Below, in pieces: positions 26,853 through 37,312 of a stretch of 64,000 nt of DNA. The notes under the pieces were generated by a model. The model saw only the letters and a list, made by a program, of their open reading frames with translations, ran no database searches and was not told the DNA's origin. Positions within the stretch are counted from its first letter, which is position 1, and each line of letters starts with the position of its first letter. The stretch is from the sequence record PQ287644.1; one strand, written 5' to 3'. A program made the position numbers and the translations under genes.

Positions 26853-29800
26853 TCAATTCAAACGGACGGTTTTATCGGTTCCCTGATTCACCTGTTTGTC
26901 TTGCATCTCCGCCATCCGACCCAGTACCTTGTAGATCTCAGCCAGAATACTGTTCGTATCCGAACTGTTATCACCCAGTTTACCCAACGAGGCCTTAAGC
27001 TCAGCCACCAACGCAGAGTCATCGCTACGTGCGGTCGTGAGCGCCTCGGTACCCCGAGGGGACTGAGGAACAGGTTCAAATGGTGCAGACGGAACCGGTT
27101 GAGGTGCAGAGGGCGGTGGAGAACCCTCATTAGACCTCGGGGTCGAGATCGGGACATCCGTAGCCGGGTTACCAAAGGTGGGAGTAGGTGTAGGTGGAAC
27201 GTTCCGTTGCATCGGTCCTACCACACCACCGCCCAGTCCGGTGGTATCCTGCCCGTTCGCGGACTGTCCGCCTCGTACAGCGTTAAGGAACTTGTTCGCT
27301 GCTTCAGGGGACTTAAAGGCCGCGTGGATATGCCCGCCCGTACCGAGTGCCGTTCGACTGCGGTATTCATTGATGACTTGGAATTCCTGAGGGCTTAATC
27401 CTGCCCGACGAAGAATATCCGTTACAATGGCAACCGCTTGGTCACTTCCTTGTGCGCCATTCACCAGGGTGAAGTCTAAGGCCAGGCCTTTAGGATGAGC
27501 GCCTTTAGACCCCTTATTGACGTGGTAGGCGTCATTCAGTGCAGAGAAGTACCGGAAACCCGGAACTGTCTGTTGAATGATTTTACCCAGTTCTTCCACA
27601 GCAGGGTGGTGTTCACCCCCCGCAATGGCTTCAGGGGATTTCAGGCGCAATCCACTGCTACCCGGTGTATTGGTGTTAACGATCATCCCACCGTTATCAC
27701 CTGACCCGTATTGTCCCCCTCCGCCTCCCATGGTTCCATTCAGGGACGGCAGACTACCACCCACAACGCCCGGAGCCGGTCTACTGACTTGAGGACGCTG
27801 GGGTTCGCTGGGGGCTTCTTGACCGTACAGGTCGGACCCGGTTTGGCTCCCTAACCCACTCCCAGCCGTTTTATCAGCTGTGGTCAGTTCACCACTTTGT
27901 AGTTTCTTCAGGTAATTCAGATAGAGTGCATACCGCTGGGGCATTTCAGGTAACGGATTACCTCCATTCAATCCTGTTGCCGCTCTACCGAAGTCACCGG
28001 TTTGGCTAATACTCCTCAAGAGCTTAGAGTTCCTGAAGAAGTTCACCGCAATGGCTGCCATGACATTCGGATCGTTACTGGCCAGCTCTGGTCTGTTCTC
28101 CAGATCAATACCCAGCTCTTGCCCAACCCTCCGGTAATTAGCCCGACCCGTCAGCTGAATAAACCCACGTCCTCGGTAACGGTACCCATCACCGGCTTCC
28201 CTGTTCCCTAAGGAGGCGCCTTTACCCCCACCGTACACGGTATTGGCGATGGCCACTTCGCCGGCTTGTACGAGGGCTCTCGCCTGTTCCATGCTCTTCA
28301 CTTCCCTGAAGAGTTGAACCAAGCGTTCCGGACTGCTGTACTTCATGTTCTCAGTGGTCCGGGAATAGCCTGAAGACTCGTAGTTGGTAAGGGCGAGCAT
28401 TTCAGCGATTTCGCGAGGGTCCGTAAAGCCTTGTTTCAGCATCTCACGGATGATCAACTGCTCCGCCAACGGCTTAGGAACACTCACCCCTCGATCCGTT
28501 CCTTGGTTCGTACGCACACCGGTCATATCCAGATGACTGGTGTCCGAATCACCCGTAATAGGCGTGAAGCCAAAGGCATTCTCAGGGGTTCTGAACCGAC
28601 CGTCGCTGCTGTACGTATTCCCAGCGTCTCCGCCAAAGGTACCGTACATCCCTCCTAGAGCAGAATCTCTCCGAGACCGGAACTGTTCCGGGGTAGAAAC
28701 ATTCGCCTGTTGGTCGGTGAACCCACCCCCTACCCGGTGAGGACTGATCTTCTCAGCCCAGGTTTGGGCGTTGGTCTTACCCGCTTCCAATTCAGGGTCT
28801 TTGAGTTTAGCCTCTACTGACGCTTCCCCCAAGAGGTTCAACATCCTGTCAACTTTATCCGACCGTCCGGGAGAGGTTTCCCAGGCGAAGGGTGCTGCTC
28901 GCACATTCCACACCGAGATGGTAAAGCCAAAGACGCCATTGACTTGGGTTTGAGTCAGTTCCTTGGCGATCTCATACCGTGCGGTGGCGGAAAGGGTTCT
29001 CCAAACCACACCCGGTAGCCCCCGACGGTATTTCTTCATCAGGGTCATGTAGTTGGTCAGTACCGGCAGGAACCGATCCCTGAACCACTTACACCAGGCA
29101 TCCACGTACCGATCATCCACCCGGAAGGCGTCCTTGAACCGACCGAAGAGTTCACCTATGTTGCCTTTGAACACCATGTCATCCCCTTTCGCCATAAACA
29201 GGGATTCACAATGACGTTCCAACTTGAGGACAGCTTCGACCCGCCAGGGGACATCCTTATCATTCCCGTAGGTAGCCACCCGGATAGCAGTAAGCATATC
29301 CAGAGCTTTACCATCTGGCATCAGGTCTTGGATATAGATCTGACCGACAACCGCATTGGCGGTATACGCTTTCCCTAACCGATCGATTTCACCTTTAACC
29401 TCCTTCAGGCGATCGGTGGCCTCCATCTTCTCCCCGAAGTCTTTCCACTGGGTACTCCGGTCTTCCAGCTTCCGTTCCAGTTGAACCCGTTCCTTCTGAA
29501 GGGACTCCAGACTTTGGCCTTTAACCGTAGAAACAGCAAAGGGATCAATGCTGGGATCTTTAGCCCCGACATACTTCTTAAGGGCATCCAAGAGGTTACC
29601 CACCCGGATGATCGTCATTTGTTGATCAAGGAGAGGAGTCTCTTTGTCAATCTTAGCTACGATCTGGTACGGGGAAGGCACCAACCCACTGAGGGCACTG
29701 TGGGCTTGTTTGGCCACTTTGTACACGATTAAGTCAGACGAATCGTCATAGTCCTTCAACGATCGCAGTTTAACCGCATCCAAACAGGCCAAGTAGGTCA

Positions 29801-32800
29801 AGTAAACGGGTTTGAACCGTCCATTGAACCAGGTAAAGACTTCACCAATTTGATTACGGTCTTGAGGATCACCCACGAAGAGACGAAGGACTTCCTCAAT
29901 AGGCGCTTGCTTAGACAGCGACGCACGCCCATTTCCAATCACCACATGGTCTTTTAGCAGGTTCTCAACGTTGAGGATTTTAGCCGCCAGAGGACCTTGA
30001 GGATCTGAGAGACCGTACTGAACCATCCGTAGTTCGGTTTGTTTCCCTTTACCTGAACCAAACAGGGAATCCCATCCCCATTTAGAAGTCCCCAACATCA
30101 CCCCAAAGGGACTGTACATCGAAGACCCCAGGGCATCCGTAGTAGGACTCTTTCCTTTGACCTTCTCCAGAATCCATTTCGCAATGGTCTGTCCACCCAG
30201 TAAGCCCGCAGTGGCACCCACTTGTTGGTAAAGACTATTACCGGCTTTACCCACTTTAAGGATTTGGTCGGCGGTACCGAGTTTCTTCGTTTCTTCGTCA
30301 GTAGCGACCTGGTACATTTCGTACGCAGACAATGCACCTGCGCCAATCAAACCAGCGCGTCCTGCACCCAGTTTACCCAAGTGTCCGAGTCCACCCAGAC
30401 CATTCAATAACCCACCGAGTCCACCAGCGACGCCCTTAGCGATAATCGTCAACAGTTTAAGTCCCATACGACCGAACTTAAACAATGCACTGAACCCGCT
30501 CCAGAGGACCTCAGAACCCAGGAAGCTGGTCAGCCACTCGAAGCCTTTCTTAACACCCCCTACCAAACTGCTCAGGAGACCGAAGATACCGAACTTCTTC
30601 TTCTTACCGAGTTCTTTCTCATCCTTCATACCGAAACCGAAGTTTTCAGCAATCGAGATGATGGCGTTCTTAACGGTGTTGTCTTTCTCTTCCTGGAGTT
30701 TTTGCGCACGGTCGGCCAGGGAGTTAGCTCGGGTGGCATCATTGGACGACGCTGACCGACGGAACCGATCGGTGTTGTCCCCTTCCCCCGCTTTTCCTTT
30801 AGCGGCTCTAAAGCGCTCCAGGGCGTCTTTAAGCGCTGGATTCTTTTCCATAAGGGCTTCGGTAAGGGTAAGATCGTTTCGATCTCCTAGGGACCCTGGA
30901 GGGCCCTCTGGGGCATCTTGAGAACCAGGAGCTGGAGGAGTAAAGGGATTAGGGCTTCCATCCGGGGATTCATACCCCCAATGTTTCAAGAGGAGGTAAT
31001 AGATCCGATCCACGGAATTGACCACCGGAGAGTGATCCATACTGAACGGATTCTTAACCCTATCCCCCATGCCTTTCGCATACCCGCCCGCACGGTCTTT
31101 CAGTTTACCGAAGAGATCCAACCCGAACTGTCCGGCTTGTTTAAGCCCTGCACCCAGCTTGTTGATACTGGTCCCCATGGAGGTTTTAAGTCCACGGTCG
31201 TATTCTTCAGCCGTGATCAGGGTATTCCCTTCCTTGTCATACACAGGTCCATCGATCTCATCCCATCCCTGGAGTTCAACGAACCCGTCTCCACTCCGTT
31301 TGAAGTATTGACCTTTACCAAACCGACTCCCCAGCAAAACCGGTTCGTCTTCGCCTTCAATGTAAATATCCATCCGGTACAGACGTGTACGAGCTTTATC
31401 CCAAAGCCCTTTCACTCGGTTAACAGGATCCAGCCAGTTAAAGGCTTTCATAAAGAGATCCCGCACCTTATTCAGGCCTTTAAGGAATACTTCCTTGTTG
31501 TCTTCGGTAAAGAGTTTACCCGCTAAGCGGCTAGCGCCAATAACGGCTCCGTTGGCCAGGTCTTTAATACTCCCGGTAATCTGATCCCACCCCTGAATGA
31601 TCTTCCCGGTGAGCATATCCAGATACTCACCCTTAAAGAGTTTAAAGGATTCAAGGATCGGGGTATCAGACCCTTCTTCGTACAGGTCTTCCGTGTCCTC
31701 GGCTCGACGAGCAGCCGCTCTGGCACGCAACTTGTTATACGCCATCCCTAGCCCCAAGCCACCCCCCACCAGCGCAGCACCTTTCGGGTTGTAGATCGCC
31801 ATACCCGCCAATCCACCCAGTAGCCCACCCAATACCAACGGTTGGTTATCCAGGAGTTTGTCTATTCCCTTATTAAACAGATCCCCAAACGACGTACTCT
31901 TAATCCGTTCCAGAATACTCCGTTTCTGTTGTTGAATGACCTCTTCAGCTTCAGGGGTGGTTTTCTCGTAGGGTTGACGTTCCAAGATCTTGGTGAGGAT
32001 ATCGTTCCGATTCCCCCCCAGTTCTACCAGTTTACCCAGCAGGCTGTTCCCTTGAGTCACCTGGTCATTCAGAGTGGTGAACAGAGAAGACGGATCCGTA
32101 AGACCCGAACGACTTATACCCCCCTGCTCAATATGACCCCCGAGTTTATCCAAAGTTTCCCGTACACCCTGAAGGGTTTCATTCAACTGAGCGTTCTCAG
32201 CCGCAATCACACCTCCGGAGTCTCGACGCCCTCTTCCCCGTCTGCCAAAGGAACGGGTCTTACGCACCGCTTCTTCCAGAGGGTTGTCATACGTCATGGC
32301 ACGGTCAGGGTTATCAATGAAGGACTGGAGAACGTTCCGGAAGGTGTCCATATTGACTTCATCATGGCCATTTTCAGACTTGATGATGCCGGCTTCTTTC
32401 ATGACGTTGTAATACCCAGACGAACGCAACATATCGACGCGTTCAGCAATGTCCGGCATAAACCGACCGAGGAGGTTGGATTGTTCCGTTAGCTTAGCGG
32501 CTCGTTCTCGGGCTTGTTCTGTAGGAAGACGAGCAATAGCACTCGCCCTGTCCAGGGTGCTGCCTTCCTTAAAGGCCGTAAAGGCTTCCGGGGTAATATC
32601 AAAATTCCGTTGGAACAATTCCCGGATTTCATCTGCTACCTGACGGTTTACCCCTTTGGTCTCCAAGTTCATGTACAGGTACGGACTGAACCCTTTCCGT
32701 TTATCCGCATTCTGAACCAGTTGCATCGCCAATACACGGCGGGCTTCGTTGGACAATTCCTTATTGGGGTCAATGGAATCCACCAATCGAAGGGACGTAT

Positions 32801-34484
32801 CCGCTTGGGACTTGAATTGGTCTTTATCCATCACCCGGTTAAAGGTATCTGCTACCTTTTGGTTATGGCTGACCAACTTACCCCGCACGTAGTCATAACT
32901 CGATGCTTTAAGGGTATCATCCCCTGTACGGATCTTCTCAATCGACAAGTGAATGTGACTGAGCAGTTCGGGAATCACTTCATTCAGGGTACGGGAAGAC
33001 TGTTTGTTCCAGATCTCCGGTTCGTGGGCATCCATTAACCCGCGACGTTTCAGGCTGTAACGACTCCCGGTGGGTTGGTACATCTCATCCAACAACCCCC
33101 CCATGCCTTTATTCGCCCCTTTCTTCAGGGTGTTAATAACCGTCCATTCCACTTTACCCAAGGGTTTTTGACCTGAACGGAGCGTACTGAGGTATTGTTC
33201 GTAGTCCCCGTCCTCGTCAAACGAGGATCCCCAGTTGTGGTATTCCGAAAGGGTATTGACCATCCCTTCCGCATTACTGAGGTTATACGACGCTATGTTA
33301 CCCAAGTCCGTGAGTTGTGCGTATGCGTTATCCGCCCATTTCCCCAGTTCCGGGAATTGTTTCTTGAACTTAGCAACGTATTCCTTACCTTTCCGGGAAT
33401 TGATCATCCGGGGGAGGTTGCTAATGAACATTTGGGCTGCAACGTTACCCACCATGGTCCCTACATTGAGCGGCATGCCTTCCGACATCTCCGCTGCCAT
33501 GCGCATAGCACCAATCAGGTCACCTGCACCTCGGATTCCGTCCCCTCGCGCATCCTTACCGAACCGCTCGTTAATAAACTCACGTATTCCTCCAAAGGAG
33601 CCTTTAACCGTATTGAAGACCGATTCCCGAATGCTCTTACGCATCGCTTGACTGTGGGTGGTCTTTTCGTAATCACTCTTAGCGGAGTTCAGAGCGATGG
33701 TCTTCAGTTCAGCAATCATCCGGTGATTACTGGCTTCCATGAACTTGTAGAACTTCGCGCTGGTCAAATAGGAACGAGCCAACAGGTTCACCTTGAGGGT
33801 ATCGTTCCTCAATTGAACTTTACGTTGGTAATTCACCATTTGTTCCAGCAGTTGGTTACTCCGCCCAATACTCAGGTTCAGGGTATTCAACCCCCCAATG
33901 GTGCGGCCGCCTACCTCGGTCATCATGGTGGTAATGCTTTCACCCACCCCAATGACCGTTTCCCGCTCTAACAGGGAGTTGGCGTCTTCACTCCCCAGCA
34001 GGTCTTTCACATCATTTTCGTCCACATTTTCCATGGACGGGGTGTCACTCGCCGACGACGTATATGGCTTCCAACTGCTGAAGTCATTCTGACTGAACCG
34101 AGTCAGCCCACTGGCTACACCCCCGGTGATCTTATTAGGAGCTATTTTACCTAACTTATCACCACCCCGTTTAGCCAAGTATTGGAGGTCCACGACTGCA
34201 TCGTAGCTTTCACGTTTAAGTTCGTCTACGATCTCTCTCCGACGACGGTTAATATCCGACGCCGTCGTAAAGGCAGTCCCCCAGGTCTTAGGGAGGACCA
34301 TCTTCAGGGTGTTCAACCGAGCATCGGTGTCCCCTACTGTCTGATTCACTACACCTGACAAAAACCCGGTTGCTACCGAACGAATGAACCCCGGTTTCTT
34401 CCCATCGAAATCGGTATCGAAATCAATATCCCCGGTAAAGGGATCCTCTCCCCAATCGAAATCATCGAATGTGTTATCCGCCAT
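26853..34484 (-). CDS. Giant tail-associated peptidoglycan hydrolase (2543 aa; phiKZ gp181 position) with GH19 and M15-like domains
   Basis: YESSGY...GDGYRYRGRGFIQLTGRANY (GH19); NDAYH...GAHPKGLALDF...GGHIH (Zn peptidase). Confidence 0.85.
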   Translation of the reverse strand: MADNTFDDFDWGEDPFTGDIDFDTDFDGKKPGFIRSVATGFLSGVVNQTVGDTDARLNTLKMVLPKTWGTAFTTASDINRRRREIVDELKRESYDAVVDLQYLAKRGGDKLGKIAPNKITGGVASGLTRFSQNDFSSWKPYTSSASDTPSMENVDENDVKDLLGSEDANSLLERETVIGVGESITTMMTEVGGRTIGGLNTLNLSIGRSNQLLEQMVNYQRKVQLRNDTLKVNLLARSYLTSAKFYKFMEASNHRMIAELKTIALNSAKSDYEKTTHSQAMRKSIRESVFNTVKGSFGGIREFINERFGKDARGDGIRGAGDLIGAMRMAAEMSEGMPLNVGTMVGNVAAQMFISNLPRMINSRKGKEYVAKFKKQFPELGKWADNAYAQLTDLGNIASYNLSNAEGMVNTLSEYHNWGSSFDEDGDYEQYLSTLRSGQKPLGKVEWTVINTLKKGANKGMGGLLDEMYQPTGSRYSLKRRGLMDAHEPEIWNKQSSRTLNEVIPELLSHIHLSIEKIRTGDDTLKASSYDYVRGKLVSHNQKVADTFNRVMDKDQFKSQADTSLRLVDSIDPNKELSNEARRVLAMQLVQNADKRKGFSPYLYMNLETKGVNRQVADEIRELFQRNFDITPEAFTAFKEGSTLDRASAIARLPTEQARERAAKLTEQSNLLGRFMPDIAERVDMLRSSGYYNVMKEAGIIKSENGHDEVNMDTFRNVLQSFIDNPDRAMTYDNPLEEAVRKTRSFGRRGRGRRDSGGVIAAENAQLNETLQGVRETLDKLGGHIEQGGISRSGLTDPSSLFTTLNDQVTQGNSLLGKLVELGGNRNDILTKILERQPYEKTTPEAEEVIQQQKRSILERIKSTSFGDLFNKGIDKLLDNQPLVLGGLLGGLAGMAIYNPKGAALVGGGLGLGMAYNKLRARAAARRAEDTEDLYEEGSDTPILESFKLFKGEYLDMLTGKIIQGWDQITGSIKDLANGAVIGASRLAGKLFTEDNKEVFLKGLNKVRDLFMKAFNWLDPVNRVKGLWDKARTRLYRMDIYIEGEDEPVLLGSRFGKGQYFKRSGDGFVELQGWDEIDGPVYDKEGNTLITAEEYDRGLKTSMGTSINKLGAGLKQAGQFGLDLFGKLKDRAGGYAKGMGDRVKNPFSMDHSPVVNSVDRIYYLLLKHWGYESPDGSPNPFTPPAPGSQDAPEGPPGSLGDRNDLTLTEALMEKNPALKDALERFRAAKGKAGEGDNTDRFRRSASSNDATRANSLADRAQKLQEEKDNTVKNAIISIAENFGFGMKDEKELGKKKKFGIFGLLSSLVGGVKKGFEWLTSFLGSEVLWSGFSALFKFGRMGLKLLTIIAKGVAGGLGGLLNGLGGLGHLGKLGAGRAGLIGAGALSAYEMYQVATDEETKKLGTADQILKVGKAGNSLYQQVGATAGLLGGQTIAKWILEKVKGKSPTTDALGSSMYSPFGVMLGTSKWGWDSLFGSGKGKQTELRMVQYGLSDPQGPLAAKILNVENLLKDHVVIGNGRASLSKQAPIEEVLRLFVGDPQDRNQIGEVFTWFNGRFKPVYLTYLACLDAVKLRSLKDYDDSSDLIVYKVAKQAHSALSGLVPSPYQIVAKIDKETPLLDQQMTIIRVGNLLDALKKYVGAKDPSIDPFAVSTVKGQSLESLQKERVQLERKLEDRSTQWKDFGEKMEATDRLKEVKGEIDRLGKAYTANAVVGQIYIQDLMPDGKALDMLTAIRVATYGNDKDVPWRVEAVLKLERHCESLFMAKGDDMVFKGNIGELFGRFKDAFRVDDRYVDAWCKWFRDRFLPVLTNYMTLMKKYRRGLPGVVWRTLSATARYEIAKELTQTQVNGVFGFTISVWNVRAAPFAWETSPGRSDKVDRMLNLLGEASVEAKLKDPELEAGKTNAQTWAEKISPHRVGGGFTDQQANVSTPEQFRSRRDSALGGMYGTFGGDAGNTYSSDGRFRTPENAFGFTPITGDSDTSHLDMTGVRTNQGTDRGVSVPKPLAEQLIIREMLKQGFTDPREIAEMLALTNYESSGYSRTTENMKYSSPERLVQLFREVKSMEQARALVQAGEVAIANTVYGGGKGASLGNREAGDGYRYRGRGFIQLTGRANYRRVGQELGIDLENRPELASNDPNVMAAIAVNFFRNSKLLRSISQTGDFGRAATGLNGGNPLPEMPQRYALYLNYLKKLQSGELTTADKTAGSGLGSQTGSDLYGQEAPSEPQRPQVSRPAPGVVGGSLPSLNGTMGGGGGQYGSGDNGGMIVNTNTPGSSGLRLKSPEAIAGGEHHPAVEELGKIIQQTVPGFRYFSALNDAYHVNKGSKGAHPKGLALDFTLVNGAQGSDQAVAIVTDILRRAGLSPQEFQVINEYRSRTALGTGGHIHAAFKSPEAANKFLNAVRGGQSANGQDTTGLGGGVVGPMQRNVPPTPTPTFGNPATDVPISTPRSNEGSPPPSAPQPVPSAPFEPVPQSPRGTEALTTARSDDSALVAELKASLGKLGDNSSDTNSILAEIYKVLGRMAEMQDKQVNQGTDKTVRLN

Positions 34485-34514
34485 TGTTAATGCACTCCCG
34501 CATAAGGAAACCGT

Positions 34515-35955
34515 ATGAAACCGACTAACATTACCCTCTTAGACCCCCGGACGATTGTTCCGGGTGTCTTTAAACCTATTACGTCTACGGACTCATTTGA
34601 AGGGATGACTCAGAACCTCAATGATGATGGTCTCTTCTCCCTTGACATCTTCGGTAAACTGGGTAGTAAACAACGTGATAACACGGAAGCGTATATCGAC
34701 GTTAAACTTCCCATCTTCAATCCCACTTACCTAAAAGCCCTTATACAGATCAAAAGTCTGTATCATTCAATTTTGAAAGGATCGGAATACGCGGTATGGG
34801 ATCCCGAACTGAAGGATTTCATAAAATCGAACATCCTGGAAGGGGAAAAGGGTTTCGCTTTCTTCCTGAAACATTTTGATGAAACCGTCTTCTCCCTGAC
34901 CCCCTCTCATAAACGCAAACAACGGGTGGAACTGGCGAACCAATTCCGTAACACGGCGTTAACGGATAAGGTCCTGGTCATCCCCGCGGGTCTCAGGGAT
35001 ATCCAATTCAATCCAGATGGTTCCCACACCGAACCTGAAATCACCGAATTCTACCGCGCCTTAATGTTCCGGGTGAGGGTGATCCTCGGGAATAAGGAAG
35101 ATGCCCTGAACCCCCTTTACGATACCGTTCGGTGGGGGGTACAGAATGCTTTCTTGGAATTGGATAATTACCTCTTTGGTTTACTCCAGGGGAAAGGGGT
35201 GTTCTCCAGCGTCGTATGTCCACCCGGGGGTTCACAACAGCACCCGGAACGTCATTACCGCCCGTAAAGTCTCCAGGACACGTTTAGACTTCGACGACGG
35301 TGTAGGGCCTAACTCTGCGGACATGGGACTCTACCAAGCCCTGCTGAACTTCCCTTATGTCTGCATCAACGCGTTAACCAACGGCTACCTTTCCAACATC
35401 TTCACCCCCAGCTCTCAAACCGCTAAGCTGGTTAATACCAAGACCCTGGAATACGAATACGCTGAAGTCTCCCCCGATGTGGTAGAGAAATGGACTACTG
35501 CCACTGGGTTAATGAAACTCTTCAACGGGTTTGCTGATCCCTCCCTACGGAGTAAACCCATTGTCATTGAGTGGAGATACTTAGCCCTCATTTATGATGA
35601 TGGGGCTGATGTGTGTGTTCTACATGACATCAACGATCTCCCTCAAGGGAAAGACCGTAAACGGGTGAAACCTATCACCTACATGGAACTCTTCTACTTG
35701 AGTTGTCACAGTGTCATCGAAGAACAGATCACGGGACAAACCCGGTATCCCATTACGGGAATTGGTTCTATCTTCCCGGCTAAGGTGAACCTACGCACCA
35801 CCACCAATGCGAGCCAGAGGGTGATCCGTAATCCGATTGATTGGAGTGTACGGGAAACCTGTAAACGGTTCCCTAAACGCGAAGCGCATCCCGATTACTT
35901 CGATGCCATGTCCGTAGACCCCTCTAGAGAAGCTTTGCTCGACAGTGACCATGAT
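34515..35955 (+). CDS. rpoC: Virion RNAP beta'-like subunit, exon 1 (two apparent single-G deletions at 35196-35199 and 35226-35230)
   Basis: GLFSLDIFG; restored GKGGVLQRRMSTRGVHNSTRNVIT; ends LLDSDHD immediately before the intron. Confidence 0.85.
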
Positions 35956-35985
35956 TAGATAGTGATGCATGATATAAACTCACTA

Positions 35986-36040
35986 TACAACTCCTATTGT
36001 ATGCGGAAGTGTTCGCATTCGACCATAAGGAGTTGTAAAG
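35986..36040 (+). promoter_or_regulatory. SD-sequestering hairpin with internal TATG upstream of the intron HNH gene
   Basis: TACAACTCCT (35986-35995) pairs perfectly with AGGAGTTGTA (36028-36037); TATG at 36000-36003. Confidence 0.65.
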
Positions 36041-37312
36041 ATGCTAACGTGTTTTGGAAAGAAATACGTGTTGTCTACAACTAACACGGTTTACAATGTC
36101 ACCGATAAGACAGATGTTCCAGTCCATCGGATGACAGACGGGAATACGTTCTTCATCGCACGGGGCGATGGGGACGAACTGGTTAAGATCAAACTGGGGT
36201 TAATGATCCTCCATGGAGAAGGAAAGTTCCATCTTCCTATCTCTGAATGGGAACAGGTGAAAGTAGGTTTTCTGGATGACGATACAGGAAACTTTGCAGC
36301 GGATAACCTTTACTTGGTCTATCCTGAAGAGGGTATCCCTTACCCTGAACTTTCCGGGTACTACTACATCCCTGGGTTTGAACTCAACGCGATCAACCGA
36401 GATGGTGTGGTATACCGAACACTTAGAAAGAATCTTTACCCACCGTATCTGGGTGGTAAGACCGTTCCTAACAGTTTCTACCCCTTTGTTCGACTGGATG
36501 TGGTCAGTGGGGATGAACGCAAGTATGTCCACCGGTTACTGGCGGAGACCTTCGGTAAACCGCCTAAGGGCTACCCCAAGCTACTGGTCGATCATAATGA
36601 CGGTAACAAGATGAACTTCAAGCTCTTTAACTTGATTTGGGTTACCGCTAAGGACAACTCCTTCAAAGCGTACAACAATCAAGAAGCGAGAGCGGACAAT
36701 AATCCCCTGGAGGTTTTTGACAGGGAATTAGGTCAAGTCTTTAAGTACGTCAGTCAAAATGAGTTTGCTAGAACCATGGAGGTGGATTCTTGGTGCATTG
36801 GTCTGGTGCTCAAACGTCCTCGCTCGGTGTACAAGAACAGGTACGTTCTTCGTCGGAAGGGAGATACACGTGACTTCCAAGAGATCTGGGACTATAAGCC
36901 CCCTGTGGGTAAGAAGATCCTTGCCCGGAATGTCTTCACCGGTGAAATCACGGTGTATAATTCATTGGCGGAGGCCTCTAGAGCAACACAGGTAGGGACA
37001 ACAGGCATCCTGACGTCCCTGAGTAACACCAACCCGAGATCCGCCTTTAAAGACCTTCAATTCAAGCGGGAGTCTGACGAGACCCCTTGGCCCGATTTGA
37101 ATGAATACGAACTGGAATGCATCCGGCGCAAGATGCACCCTGCTACAGCTGTGTATGAAATGTTTGATTCGGTAACCCAGGAGACGTCGATTGTGTATGG
37201 CGTTGATGCAGTTACCCGAATCACCGGAGCCAATCCCCGTACCGTTATCGTTTGCGCACGAGAAGGTAAGTTGCTCCATTCCCGTTATCGTTTCAAGAAA
37301 CTTACACGTTAA
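36041..37312 (+). CDS. Intron-encoded HNH homing endonuclease
   Basis: YVHRLLAETF...VDHNDGNKMNFKLFNLIWVTAKDN, followed by about three NUMOD1-like repeats. Confidence 0.9.
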   Translation: MLTCFGKKYVLSTTNTVYNVTDKTDVPVHRMTDGNTFFIARGDGDELVKIKLGLMILHGEGKFHLPISEWEQVKVGFLDDDTGNFAADNLYLVYPEEGIPYPELSGYYYIPGFELNAINRDGVVYRTLRKNLYPPYLGGKTVPNSFYPFVRLDVVSGDERKYVHRLLAETFGKPPKGYPKLLVDHNDGNKMNFKLFNLIWVTAKDNSFKAYNNQEARADNNPLEVFDRELGQVFKYVSQNEFARTMEVDSWCIGLVLKRPRSVYKNRYVLRRKGDTRDFQEIWDYKPPVGKKILARNVFTGEITVYNSLAEASRATQVGTTGILTSLSNTNPRSAFKDLQFKRESDETPWPDLNEYELECIRRKMHPATAVYEMFDSVTQETSIVYGVDAVTRITGANPRTVIVCAREGKLLHSRYRFKKLTR

